A stretch of 64,000 nt of DNA from Elusimicrobia bacterium UBA4817 (GTDB lineage: Bacteria; Elusimicrobiota; UBA8919). The stretch covers positions 12,809-76,808 of the forward strand of contig DHFT01000039.1 in NCBI GenBank assembly GCA_002402375.1, given 5' to 3'. Each line of letters starts with the position of its first letter. Within the stretch, counting starts at the first letter, position 1. Below, in pieces: positions 47,290 to 56,101 of the stretch. The notes below the pieces were generated by a model. The model was not told the DNA's origin. It was given only the letters and a program-made list of their open reading frames with translations, and did no database searches. The translations under genes and the position numbers were made by a program.

Positions 47290-47440
47290 TTTATTGCAGA
47301 CAGACAGATTTCCTGACTCAGGTTCGTCCGAAATTTCGCCTTCCCATCCCTATTTATCCGGACAGTGGCATTTATGAAATTTCATCCCCTTCACAGTAGC
47401 GGGACTGTTCCGGAATTACACCGGATTCCCTATTCTGCCT
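47290..47440 (-). promoter_or_regulatory. cobalamin (B12) riboswitch #1
   Basis: The minus strand reads 'AATAGGGAATCCGGTGTAATTCCGGAACAGTCCCGCTACTGTGAAGGGGATGAAA…AATGCCACTGTCCGG…GGGAAGGCG', containing the B12 box GCCACTG and the conserved GGTG.AA.TCC / CCCGC.ACTGT elements. Confidence 0.85.
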
Positions 47441-48216
47441 ACATTTGACACCAAAATTATATACGGTTTTTTTGATATAGGATTTTTTTCTACGACTACA
47501 ACCGTTTTATAAACCTCTTCAATAATTTGATAGGTTAAAACATCCGAAGGTATTCCGATTTTATGCATATTGCCGTTATTGAGAAGCATTATTCTATCGC
47601 AGTACTCGCTTGCTAAATTCAAATCGTGCAAAACCATCATCACCGTAAGTCCAAGGTTTGTATTTAATTTTTTTGTAAGGTCCAAAATTCTTATCTGATG
47701 CGCTATATCTAAATGCGCCGTCGGTTCATCCAGCACAAGCAGTTTCGGTTGTTGAACAATAGCACGGGCGATAAAAACAAGTTGTCTTTCACCGCCGCTT
47801 AATTCCAATATAGGACGGTTTCGTAAATTAAATGTTTCGGTTAATAACATTGCTTGTTCAACAATTTCTTCGTCTTGTTTCGTTTCTAAAAATTGTAATT
47901 TGGAATGATATGGCGTTCTGCCTAATTGCACGATTTCTTCCGCAGTCATGTTAAAGTATGATTCTGAAAATTGCGTCACCACAGCCATTTTTTTAGCCAG
48001 TTCGTTAAGTCCTGTTTTTTTTAGAGATTTCCCTTCAAAAATAATCTGTCCTGTCTGCGGTTTAATTATCTTACTTATCGCCCGAAGCAGTGTTGTTTTA
48101 CCGGAACCGTTAGGGCCGATTATTCCGAGTATTTCTTTGTTTTTTAGTTCAAAGTTAATATCTTTTAAGACGAACTTATTATTGTATCCGCAAACAAGAT
48201 TTTTTACTTCAAGCAT
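47416..48216 (-). CDS. btuD: ABC transporter ATP-binding protein (BtuD/FecE-type)
   Basis: 266 aa; Walker A 'GPNGSGKTT', 'LSGGERQ', Walker B 'LLVLDEPT'. Confidence 0.85.
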   Translation of the reverse strand: MLEVKNLVCGYNNKFVLKDINFELKNKEILGIIGPNGSGKTTLLRAISKIIKPQTGQIIFEGKSLKKTGLNELAKKMAVVTQFSESYFNMTAEEIVQLGRTPYHSKLQFLETKQDEEIVEQAMLLTETFNLRNRPILELSGGERQLVFIARAIVQQPKLLVLDEPTAHLDIAHQIRILDLTKKLNTNLGLTVMMVLHDLNLASEYCDRIMLLNNGNMHKIGIPSDVLTYQIIEEVYKTVVVVEKNPISKKPYIILVSNVGRIGNPV

Positions 48217-48217
48217 A

Positions 48218-49213
48218 TTATTTCCGTTTGTTTAAGAAATAGATAAACATCATTCCGCCGATAATTCCCGTAATTACGCCGACCGGAAGTTCTATGGGTG
48301 CAATAACTGTTCTTGCAAGTGTATCACATAAAATTAAAAATGCCCCGCCTGTTAAAAATGAGGCAATTATAAGTATTCTGTGGTCAGAGGCAATAAACAT
48401 TCGGACGAAATGAGGAATGACCAAACCGACAAATCCGATAACGCCGGCGACGGATACGGCTATGCCGGTTAACAGCGATGATAAAATAAAAAGTGCTTTT
48501 TTTGTTTTTTCGGTGTCCACACCTAAGTGCGACGCTTCTTCTTCACCCAAAGCAAAAGCATTTAAGTCGTGACAAAAAAGATATGTTCCAAACAGACCGA
48601 ATACAGATAAGAAAACTGTTATTTTTATAAGAAGCATATTCGGTTCTTCCAAAGAACCCATTATCCAGAATATAATTCCGTGAAGGTCTTCTGTTTGGGA
48701 GACAGCCATTATAAACATAATCAAAGATGATGAAATAAAACTGAGCATTACGCCTGTTAAAAGAAGTCCTTGAATTTTTAATATACCCTTTTTAAGAGTT
48801 AAAAAATAAACGAGCAAAACAACCAGAATAGCACCCGCAAAACCTGAAACAGGCAGAGATAAAATAGATGTATGGTATATTCCCAAAACGATGTTCAAAC
48901 ATACGCCGAGAGCGGCTCCGCCCGAAATACCGAGTGTGTACGGTTCAACCAGTGGATTGCGGAAAAGTCCTTGCAGAATAACGCCCGCCAGAGATAATGA
49001 GCCGCCGACTGCAAAGCCCAAAATAATTCGCGGCAGACGAATATCAAAAATGATGCTGTATTCGGTAGAACCCCTGCCTTCAAAGATTGTCCAAAAAATT
49101 TTTTTTAATGGTATTCCAGAAGAGCCGACGCATAAAGAAAAAATGCTGACAGCAAAAAGAACTCCTGCCAAAATTAATATCTGTATAGACCAACGGAATA
49201 ATTTTTTATTCAT
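48218..49213 (-). CDS. btuC: FecCD-family ABC permease (BtuC-type)
   Basis: 331 aa; about 9 TM helices, FecCD signature regions. Confidence 0.85.
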   Translation of the reverse strand: MNKKLFRWSIQILILAGVLFAVSIFSLCVGSSGIPLKKIFWTIFEGRGSTEYSIIFDIRLPRIILGFAVGGSLSLAGVILQGLFRNPLVEPYTLGISGGAALGVCLNIVLGIYHTSILSLPVSGFAGAILVVLLVYFLTLKKGILKIQGLLLTGVMLSFISSSLIMFIMAVSQTEDLHGIIFWIMGSLEEPNMLLIKITVFLSVFGLFGTYLFCHDLNAFALGEEEASHLGVDTEKTKKALFILSSLLTGIAVSVAGVIGFVGLVIPHFVRMFIASDHRILIIASFLTGGAFLILCDTLARTVIAPIELPVGVITGIIGGMMFIYFLNKRK

Positions 49214-49229
49214 TTATTTTTTCACATTC

Positions 49230-49345
49230 TTAATAATGGAGCGAGGGAAAAATTTCTGAAGAGCCTCAATTTGCGACTTCTTTTTTCCAGGAGCAAATTG
49301 CAGAGCGACCACAAGGGAGCGTCTCAAAGAAATTTGTTCCCGAGC
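49230..49345. repeat. GAGCGAC-rich intergenic repeat (second copy)
   Basis: See 25880..26035; lies between the btuC start and btuF stop. Confidence 0.5.
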
Positions 49346-49350
49346 GACCG

Positions 49351-50178
49351 TTATTTTTTTGGATATAAAATCTCAACAATTTCATTTAATGTTTCTGCAA
49401 AACTTACGGGCGTGGGACTGCAGAGTTTGTAAGAATCAACAATGTAAATTCGGTTATTTTCTACTGCGTTTATTGTTTTATATTTTTTCCAGATTTTTTT
49501 TTCTTCCTCAACTGCGATTCCCATAGTTGCTATAATAATCACATCTGGATTTTGAGCAACGACCTCTTCTATGCTATAAAATCCGGTTTTGGTGTTCGCG
49601 ATATTTACCCCTCCGGCAAATTCAATAAAATCATTTATGAATGAATCTTTTGTAGCGGTAAAGAGCGGCTTTGCACCTATTTGAACAAAAACCTTTTGTC
49701 CCGCGTTAACAGAATTTTTGGTCATTGTTTTCTTTTTTATCAATTCTACGTTACCCCTTACTTTCTCAATAATTTTTTCTGCCTCTTTTCTATTACCGAT
49801 AATTTCACCTAATTCCAGAAACTGACGGCAAATTTCATTGAAATTTTTTGCATATGAAAACTGAATAACCTTTATTCCTAAATTGTTTAATTTTTTTATG
49901 GTCTTGGGATTTGTCATTGAACTTGCAATAACCAAATCCGGCTTAAGAGCGAAAATTTTTTCCAAGTCCTGCTCTATTATAGTTCCTATTTTTTCTTTGT
50001 TTTTTGCATCTTCCGGAATCTTGCAATAAATTGTATTTCCTATAATTTTATCTTGTGCATTTAAGAGATAAAGTTGTTCTGTGAGGGTTGGTCCTAACGA
50101 GATAATTCTATCGGGAAAATCGGCGCTGTATAAAAAATTAAATCCGAGCATTAAAATTAAAAATATCTTCATATACAT
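49351..50178 (-). CDS. btuF: ABC transporter periplasmic substrate-binding protein (BtuF-like)
   Basis: 275 aa; signal peptide; class III substrate-binding fold similar to BtuF/FhuD. Confidence 0.75.
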   Translation of the reverse strand: MYMKIFLILMLGFNFLYSADFPDRIISLGPTLTEQLYLLNAQDKIIGNTIYCKIPEDAKNKEKIGTIIEQDLEKIFALKPDLVIASSMTNPKTIKKLNNLGIKVIQFSYAKNFNEICRQFLELGEIIGNRKEAEKIIEKVRGNVELIKKKTMTKNSVNAGQKVFVQIGAKPLFTATKDSFINDFIEFAGGVNIANTKTGFYSIEEVVAQNPDVIIIATMGIAVEEEKKIWKKYKTINAVENNRIYIVDSYKLCSPTPVSFAETLNEIVEILYPKK

Positions 50179-50882
50179 AAAATTAAAAGCACGAGGGTTT
50201 CAATTATTTCGTTTAATGCGCCTAATATATCTCCTGTAATTCCGCCGATTTTCTTGTTTATAAGTTTCAAAAAAATAAAGGAAACAAAAAATACTGCGAG
50301 CAGAATGAAAAATCCTTTCAGTTCAAAAACAAGAAAAGATATTAAAACTGCGATGATTGTAGCGATAAAAAAATCTTTTTTTGAAACGGTATCAATGAAA
50401 ATTTTTCCGAGTCCTTCATTTTTTGCCGGTTTGGAAATTGTACATGCAAAAACCAGACACCACCGGCTTAAAGTCGGAAAGAGTAGTAACGACGGATATA
50501 AATTTTTTTGCGGAATGCTTTGGAGTGCAAAAAATTTCATTCCGAGGATACAAAAAATCCCGATAACACCCATTGCTCCGATGTGGGCATCATCCATAAT
50601 TCTTAAAATATCACTTTTATTTTTCCCCGCGTAAAACCCGTCAAGCATGTCGGCAAAACCGTCCAAATGAAGTCCGCCGGTAATTATAACAAGCGAGACG
50701 ATAACCAGCATATCAACCACATTTTTGGAGAATAAAAGATAACCTAAATAATTTACCGATATAAGAAACCCGCCGATAAATAATCCGATAAGCGGAAAAA
50801 AAATTGCGCAGTTTTCAAATTCTTTTTTCACAACAGGAAAAACTGTTAAAAACCCAATTGCTGAAAGAAATTTTTTTATCAT
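50169..50882 (-). CDS. cobS: adenosylcobinamide-GDP ribazoletransferase (cobalamin synthase)
   Basis: 237 aa polytopic membrane protein; 'FLTVFPV…DGFADM…DG' CobS motifs. Confidence 0.85.
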   Translation of the reverse strand: MIKKFLSAIGFLTVFPVVKKEFENCAIFFPLIGLFIGGFLISVNYLGYLLFSKNVVDMLVIVSLVIITGGLHLDGFADMLDGFYAGKNKSDILRIMDDAHIGAMGVIGIFCILGMKFFALQSIPQKNLYPSLLLFPTLSRWCLVFACTISKPAKNEGLGKIFIDTVSKKDFFIATIIAVLISFLVFELKGFFILLAVFFVSFIFLKLINKKIGGITGDILGALNEIIETLVLLILCI

Positions 50883-51946
50883 TCTAATTTTTTACTTACA
50901 CCGGCACTTTCAAAGGTTGCCATTTCTGCGAGTATTTTACAGCCCGCATCAATAATGTTCAATCCTAATGCCGCGCCGGTTCCTTCGCCGAGCCGGAGAT
51001 TCAAATCAAGCACAGGTTTTAATCCGAGATGTTTTAAGATAACATTGTGCCCTTGTTCCACGGAACAATGTGAGGCGATCAGATATTCCACGACCGTCGG
51101 CTGTAATGTATATGCCAGAAGTGCGGCTGCCCCAGAGATAAAACCGTCAATAACCACAGGAATTTTATGAGATGCTCCTGCAAGAATTACGCCGGCAAGC
51201 CCTCCGATTTCAAACCCTCCAATTTTGGAAAGAACATCAAGTCCGTCTTTTTTATCCGGATTATTCAGAACGATTGCTTTTTTTATTGCTGCAATTTTGT
51301 TTTTTAACATTTTGTCGTCAATACCGGTTCCCCTACCAGTAATTTTTTCAACATCAACCCCGCAAATTACCGAGGTGATTGCTGAAGACGGTGTTGTATT
51401 TGCGATACCCATATCTCCTGTGCCGATGATATCAATTCCATTTTTTAATTCTTCTTCAACAAGTTCTATACCTGCTTCAATTGATTTTACTGCTTCATTC
51501 TTTGTCATTGCCGAACCTTTTGTAAAATTTTTCGTCCCAAAATTTATTTTTTTGTCTCTAAATCCTGGATTTGTAACTTCTATTTTTTCAGCAACTCCAC
51601 AATCTGCGACAATAACTTTCGCACCGGTATGCCTTGCTAAAACGTTTATTCCCGCCCCTCCCCGTAAAAAATTATAAACCATCTGCGTCGTCACTTCTTT
51701 TGGATAGCAAGAAACTCCCTCTTCAACAATTCCATGGTCACCCGCGAGTGTAAATATCACTTTTTTCTTTAGTTCCGGTTTTTCTTTTCCTGTGATTGCT
51801 ACGACTTGACAAGCAAGTTCTTCAAGCCGTCCCAAAGAACCAAGGGGTTTTGTGAGATTATCCAACCGCTTCTGTGTTTGTTCTAAAAGTTTTTCATCAA
51901 GCGGCTTAATTCTATTAATAACAGTATCAATTTTTTTACTAATCAC
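50879..51946 (-). CDS. cobT: nicotinate-nucleotide--dimethylbenzimidazole phosphoribosyltransferase
   Basis: 355 aa; 'GDMGIANTT' and 'GEGTGAAL' CobT signatures. Confidence 0.9.
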   Translation of the reverse strand: MISKKIDTVINRIKPLDEKLLEQTQKRLDNLTKPLGSLGRLEELACQVVAITGKEKPELKKKVIFTLAGDHGIVEEGVSCYPKEVTTQMVYNFLRGGAGINVLARHTGAKVIVADCGVAEKIEVTNPGFRDKKINFGTKNFTKGSAMTKNEAVKSIEAGIELVEEELKNGIDIIGTGDMGIANTTPSSAITSVICGVDVEKITGRGTGIDDKMLKNKIAAIKKAIVLNNPDKKDGLDVLSKIGGFEIGGLAGVILAGASHKIPVVIDGFISGAAALLAYTLQPTVVEYLIASHCSVEQGHNVILKHLGLKPVLDLNLRLGEGTGAALGLNIIDAGCKILAEMATFESAGVSKKLE

Positions 51947-52473
51947 TTTTCCTCCAGTTCGTATTCTTTTATATCGGCAAAATAATGTTTCCAGAAACCG
52001 TTTTTAAGGATTTTTTCAATTTTCGTTATTTTTATTTTTTTTCTGAAAATCGGTCCGTCATAAACATAAGTATGAAACTCGCCGTTTTCTCCGCAGGGAC
52101 AAATATTTTTATTAATCAAAAATTTTAATGTTTCTCTGTCAAATTCTCTGCCGACAAAATTTTCATCAAATAAATCCGCTTTTGCACTTACAACAACTGC
52201 CTTAAAGCCAAGTTCAATAAATTGAATAGCAACATCTTCCGGTTTTAAGTTCCATAACGGTTCAAGCGGTGTTATCCCCACTTCATTGCATACCCTTTCA
52301 ATCCAGCTTCTGTGTTCATCAAGATAGATATCGCCGAAAACCATTCCGGAAATTCCGTATTTTTCTTTTAATCCGAAAACAGCATCCTTAAATTCTTCCT
52401 CGTATTTTTTCATATCGGGACTTACCTCTTTTTGAATGACGGGAATTCCTATTGCTTCTGCCTGTGTTTTCAT
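51943..52473 (-). CDS. Dph6/MJ0570-like PP-loop ATPase (C-terminal part as called; reading frame continues upstream to about 52610)
   Basis: The same frame read upstream of the called Met gives 'KIKIISSWSGGKDSCLALHKTLQQRHQVLYL…', i.e. the SGGKDS PP-loop, with no in-frame ATG/GTG/TTG between the cobU stop and the motif. Confidence 0.6.
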   Translation of the reverse strand: MKTQAEAIGIPVIQKEVSPDMKKYEEEFKDAVFGLKEKYGISGMVFGDIYLDEHRSWIERVCNEVGITPLEPLWNLKPEDVAIQFIELGFKAVVVSAKADLFDENFVGREFDRETLKFLINKNICPCGENGEFHTYVYDGPIFRKKIKITKIEKILKNGFWKHYFADIKEYELEEK

Positions 52474-52619
52474 AAGTTTGTCGTCTATCCCGTGAAAGCA
52501 TCCCCGTTTTGTCTCTTTGGATATAAAATTTAATAAATATAAAACCTGATGTCTTTGCTGTAATGTTTTATGTAAAGCAAGACAAGAATCCTTTCCCCCC
52601 GACCATGATGAAATTATTT

Positions 52620-53162
52620 TTATTTTACGCCTCCTTTAATTAAAATCGGAATACCGGCAGCCATAAGATATACTTTGTCAGCAAATTTTGAAACTGTCCT
52701 ATTTGCATTTCCAAGTACATCCCTGAAATCTCTTGCAAGTTTATTTTTTGGAACGATTCCACCGCCTACCTCGTTTGAAACAATTAGTATTTTTTTATTT
52801 TTATTTTTTATCTCTTCAAGAAATTTCTTAATTTCTGCAACTATTTTTTGTTCGCTTTTGCCGTTCACCAATCGCCCGGAGACAAAAATTGTGAGGCAAT
52901 CTATTATTGCCGTATTGAAGTTTTCCTTAAATATTTCCGAAAGTTCTTTTTTAATTTCTACTGTTCGGAAATTTTTAGGTCTTGATTTTTTATGTTTTTC
53001 AATTCTTATTTTCATTTCAGAATCAGAGGGCTTTGCCGTTGCTGCGAACAATATATTCTTTTCTTTTTTAGCCCTCCCATAAGTCGTCGGACAGGCAAGT
53101 TCAATTGCAAAAGAACTCTTCCCGCTCCGGGCCCCGCCTAAAATAAAAATAATTTCACCCAT
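52620..53162 (-). CDS. cobU: bifunctional adenosylcobinamide kinase / adenosylcobinamide-phosphate guanylyltransferase
   Basis: 180 aa; P-loop 'GGARSGKSSFA', CobU/CobP family length and motifs. Confidence 0.85.
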   Translation of the reverse strand: MGEIIFILGGARSGKSSFAIELACPTTYGRAKKEKNILFAATAKPSDSEMKIRIEKHKKSRPKNFRTVEIKKELSEIFKENFNTAIIDCLTIFVSGRLVNGKSEQKIVAEIKKFLEEIKNKNKKILIVSNEVGGGIVPKNKLARDFRDVLGNANRTVSKFADKVYLMAAGIPILIKGGVK

Positions 53163-53674
53163 CAGTATTCTATTCCTTTTCGTGATTTTATGCCCGTGTA
53201 ATACGGATGTTTGACAAGCCGCATATCGGTTATTAAATCGGCAAGTTTAAGTATTTTTTTGTGAGCGCTTCTTCCCGTGATAACGATCTCCATTTTTTTA
53301 GGTTTGTTTTTTAATAAGCGAACAATTTTTTCAACATCAATATATTTATCACGGATAGCGATGTTTAATTCATCAAGAATCAGCAAATCGCATTTTTTTT
53401 CTTTGATGATTTTTGCAATTTTTTCCAGTGCTTTTTCGCATTCGTTTTTGATATCTTCAATCTTTATGTTTTTATAGAAATGCGGGTGTTTAGATGCAAA
53501 CGAATATATTTTCAGATTTTTAAGATGTTTGAGAACTTTCTGTTCCCCGTAAAATTTTTTGTCCTTAAAAAATTGTATTATGGAAACATTTTTGTTATGA
53601 CCTAAAGCCCGTATTGCCAATCCGATTGCAGCGGTTGTTTTACCTTTGCCATTGCCGGTGTAAATTTGTATCAT
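53162..53674 (-). CDS. cobO: cob(I)yrinic acid a,c-diamide adenosyltransferase (CobA/CobO/BtuR type)
   Basis: 'MIQIYTGNGKGKTTAAIGLAIRALGH' P-loop; start moved to the internal ATG because the upstream part of the long ORF is the riboswitch. Confidence 0.85.
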   Translation of the reverse strand: MIQIYTGNGKGKTTAAIGLAIRALGHNKNVSIIQFFKDKKFYGEQKVLKHLKNLKIYSFASKHPHFYKNIKIEDIKNECEKALEKIAKIIKEKKCDLLILDELNIAIRDKYIDVEKIVRLLKNKPKKMEIVITGRSAHKKILKLADLITDMRLVKHPYYTGIKSRKGIEY

Positions 53675-53689
53675 TTTTTCTCCATAAAC

Positions 53690-53850
53690 AAAAAACCCAA
53701 CTCCAGAGAAGTTGAGCAAACTTTCTCCCCGCGGAGTTTTTGTAATTGATAGACCGGGCTTCGCTTCGCTCGGTCGGACTAAAATCCGACCTACAAAAAC
53801 ATCACCGTTGCGGGGCAGCTTCCGAATTACACGGAATTCCTTCAATTACA
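53690..53850 (-). promoter_or_regulatory. cobalamin riboswitch #2 with terminator-type expression platform
   Basis: The minus strand reads 'GAAGGAATTCCGTGTAATTCGGAAGCTGCCCCGCAACGGTGATG…AAGCCCGGTC…CGGGGAGAAAG', nearly identical in its conserved blocks to riboswitch #1. It is followed by 'CAACTTCTCTGGAGTTGGGTTTTTTGTTT' (hairpin plus U-tract) just before the cobO ATG. Confidence 0.75.
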
Positions 53851-53857
53851 ATTTTTA

Positions 53858-53885
53858 ATTATATTATTTTTAACAAAAATGTCAA
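53858..53885 (-). promoter_or_regulatory. sigma70 promoter (TTGACA-N16-TATAAT) for riboswitch #2 and the cob operon
   Basis: The minus strand reads TTGACATTTTTGTTAAAAATAATATAAT, ending about 7 nt before the aptamer. Confidence 0.5.
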
Positions 53886-54751
53886 GAAAAAAGATGACTA
53901 TGATTTTTTTCCAAATTGTTTTTATATTTTTTCAGTTCTATAACAGCAGAATAAGGCACTTTTGTCTTTCCCATTATAGGCGGCTCGCCGTTCATTGCAC
54001 CGTGGCAGTCGCTTCCCCCTGTCATAATCATTCCGAATTTGTCCGCCATTTTTTTGAATTTGTCGGTTTCATCCGCCGAATGTTTTGTGTGCCAAACCTC
54101 AATACCCTTTAATCCGAAATTAGCAAGAGATTTTACAACATTGCAATTGATACTGTTAAAATGCGGATGCGCCAAAACCGGAATCCCGCCGACTTGTAAA
54201 ATCATTTTTATAGCTTCGTCGGGTGATAAACTGAATTTCGGAACATATGCAGGTTTACCGTCGCCGAGATATTTCCAGAATGCTTCCTGCGTATGCGAAA
54301 CGGATTTATTTTCAACGAGCATTTTTGCGAAATGAAGCCGCCCTATTACTCCGATGCCCGCTATTTCAAACAGCCGTTGTTCGTCAATCGTAATTCCCAG
54401 ACCTTTCAATTTATCCAAAATATGATATGCCCGTCTTTCTCTTGCCTTTCTGAAAAGTTTTAATTTTTGCTGAAAAGATGAATCCTCCCAGTTTATGAAA
54501 TATCCGAGTATGTGCATTTCCTGCTGATGAGAATTTTTTAATTCCACCGAAAGTTCTATTCCCGGTATTACTTCAATCCCTCTTTTTGAACCCTCTTTGA
54601 TTGCACTGGGTATTCCTTCGGTTGTATCGTGGTCGGTTATGCTGATGGTTGCAAGTCCTACTTTCTGTGCATACCTTACGCTTTCTTCCGGCGAGAAAGT
54701 TCCGTCTGAGTATTTTGTGTGAGTATGCAAATCCGCAAAAAGAGTATCCAT
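53882..54751 (-). CDS. PHP-domain phosphoesterase (TrpH/YciV-like)
   Basis: 289 aa; 'ADLHTHTKYSDG…ITDHD' PHP motifs. Confidence 0.75.
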   Translation of the reverse strand: MDTLFADLHTHTKYSDGTFSPEESVRYAQKVGLATISITDHDTTEGIPSAIKEGSKRGIEVIPGIELSVELKNSHQQEMHILGYFINWEDSSFQQKLKLFRKARERRAYHILDKLKGLGITIDEQRLFEIAGIGVIGRLHFAKMLVENKSVSHTQEAFWKYLGDGKPAYVPKFSLSPDEAIKMILQVGGIPVLAHPHFNSINCNVVKSLANFGLKGIEVWHTKHSADETDKFKKMADKFGMIMTGGSDCHGAMNGEPPIMGKTKVPYSAVIELKKYKNNLEKNHSHLFS

Positions 54752-54753
54752 TT

Positions 54754-56061
54754 TTACAGAAGTTCTCCGGCAAGGGCGGCCAGTTGCGACCTTTCCGTTT
54801 TTTTGAAATTTATATGTCCGTAAGTTTCCTGTCCTTTGAACCTTTCAACAAGATATGTCAGTCCATTTGATTCGGCGTCAAGGTAAGGATTGTCTATTTG
54901 ATAAGGGTCGCCGGTCAGGACAACTTTCGTACCGTCTCCCGCTCTGGAAATTATTGTCTTTATTTCGTGCGGAGTAAGATTCTGTGCGTCGTCAATTATA
55001 ATAAACTGTCTCGGAATACTTCTGCCTCTTAAAAACGCCAATGCCTCTATTTCTATTTTTCCGCTGTCAAAAAAATACTGGACTTTGTCCCCAGTGCTTT
55101 CGTCGGGGTTGTTTTTATCCACGAGAAATTCAAGGTTGTCGTAAATTGAACCCATCCACTGCGAAATTTTTTCCTCTTTTGTTCCCGGCAGGTATCCGAT
55201 ATCTTTTCCGACCGGCGTGACAGATTTGCCGACCAAAAGCCGTTTATAGATTTTTTCATCAATAGTTTTTTGAAGTCCCGCCGCCAAAGATAAAAGCGTT
55301 TTTCCTGCGCCCGGAACCCCGACAAGCGTTAACAATTGAATGTTGTCGGAAAGTAAAAGTTCAAACGCAAATTTCTGCTCGGTGTTGAGCGGTTTGAGTC
55401 CCCACACGGCGGATTCTTTATAAATAAGAGAAACAAGCGATTTTGATTTAGTATCGTATTTGCAAAGTGCGGATTTTTGCGGGCTTGTCTCGTCTTTCAA
55501 TATCACGAATTCGTTCGCGGTAAGTTCTTCTTTTATTTTGACGGACTTGTTTTTGTAAAATTTATCTATAATATCGGAGGAGGAGGTAATTTCGCGGTAG
55601 CCCTGGTATAACTGTTCAATTTTAATTTTTTCTTTTTCGTAGTCCTCCGCAACAAGTCCGATGGCTTCCGCTTTAATGCGAAGGTTTATGTCTTTCGTTA
55701 TAAAAACTATGTTTTCGTTTTTTTTCTGACGGGCAAACGCCGCCGAAAGTATCAGGTTATCTTTTTTACCGTTTGAAAAATCGTAGGGAAGGTTCACTTT
55801 TTGTTCAAGGTCTATGATGAGTTTTCCGCCGTTATCAAGAGGAATGCCCTCGCTGAATTTTCCTTTTACGGCGAGATTGTTTAATTTTCTGGCGACGCTT
55901 CTTGCCGCCCTGCCTCTTTCGTCGTGGAATCTTTTAAGATTGTCAAGCTCTTCAATAACTGCCATCGGTATGATGACTGTGTTGTCTTCAAATGCGGTAA
56001 GCGACTCGGGGTCGTGAATTAAAACGTTTGTGTCAAGAATAAAAGTTTTTTTAGCCATCAA
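54754..56061 (-). CDS. PhoH-like ATPase with N-terminal PIN domain (YlaK/PhoH2 type)
   Basis: 435 aa; N-terminal PIN (ILDTNVLIHD), Walker A 'GVPGAGKT' and the PhoH C-terminal region. Confidence 0.75.
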   Translation of the reverse strand: MMAKKTFILDTNVLIHDPESLTAFEDNTVIIPMAVIEELDNLKRFHDERGRAARSVARKLNNLAVKGKFSEGIPLDNGGKLIIDLEQKVNLPYDFSNGKKDNLILSAAFARQKKNENIVFITKDINLRIKAEAIGLVAEDYEKEKIKIEQLYQGYREITSSSDIIDKFYKNKSVKIKEELTANEFVILKDETSPQKSALCKYDTKSKSLVSLIYKESAVWGLKPLNTEQKFAFELLLSDNIQLLTLVGVPGAGKTLLSLAAGLQKTIDEKIYKRLLVGKSVTPVGKDIGYLPGTKEEKISQWMGSIYDNLEFLVDKNNPDESTGDKVQYFFDSGKIEIEALAFLRGRSIPRQFIIIDDAQNLTPHEIKTIISRAGDGTKVVLTGDPYQIDNPYLDAESNGLTYLVERFKGQETYGHINFKKTERSQLAALAGELL

Positions 56062-56101
56062 GTTTTATTCTACAATTTGAAAAAAATTTGTCAAGAAAAA
56101 T

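Noticed and set aside
47416-47440. Cobalamin riboswitch #1 call questioned because it overlaps the last 8 codons of btuD
   Set aside because: Kept: the conserved aptamer blocks are unambiguous, and short overlaps between a leader RNA and the upstream gene's 3' end are common in compact genomes.
53675-53845. First 57 codons of the long 53162..53845 ORF as an N-terminal extension of CobO
   Set aside because: This stretch is occupied by cobalamin riboswitch #2 and its terminator. The adenosyltransferase P-loop begins right after the internal Met (MIQIYTGNGKGKT) at 53674.
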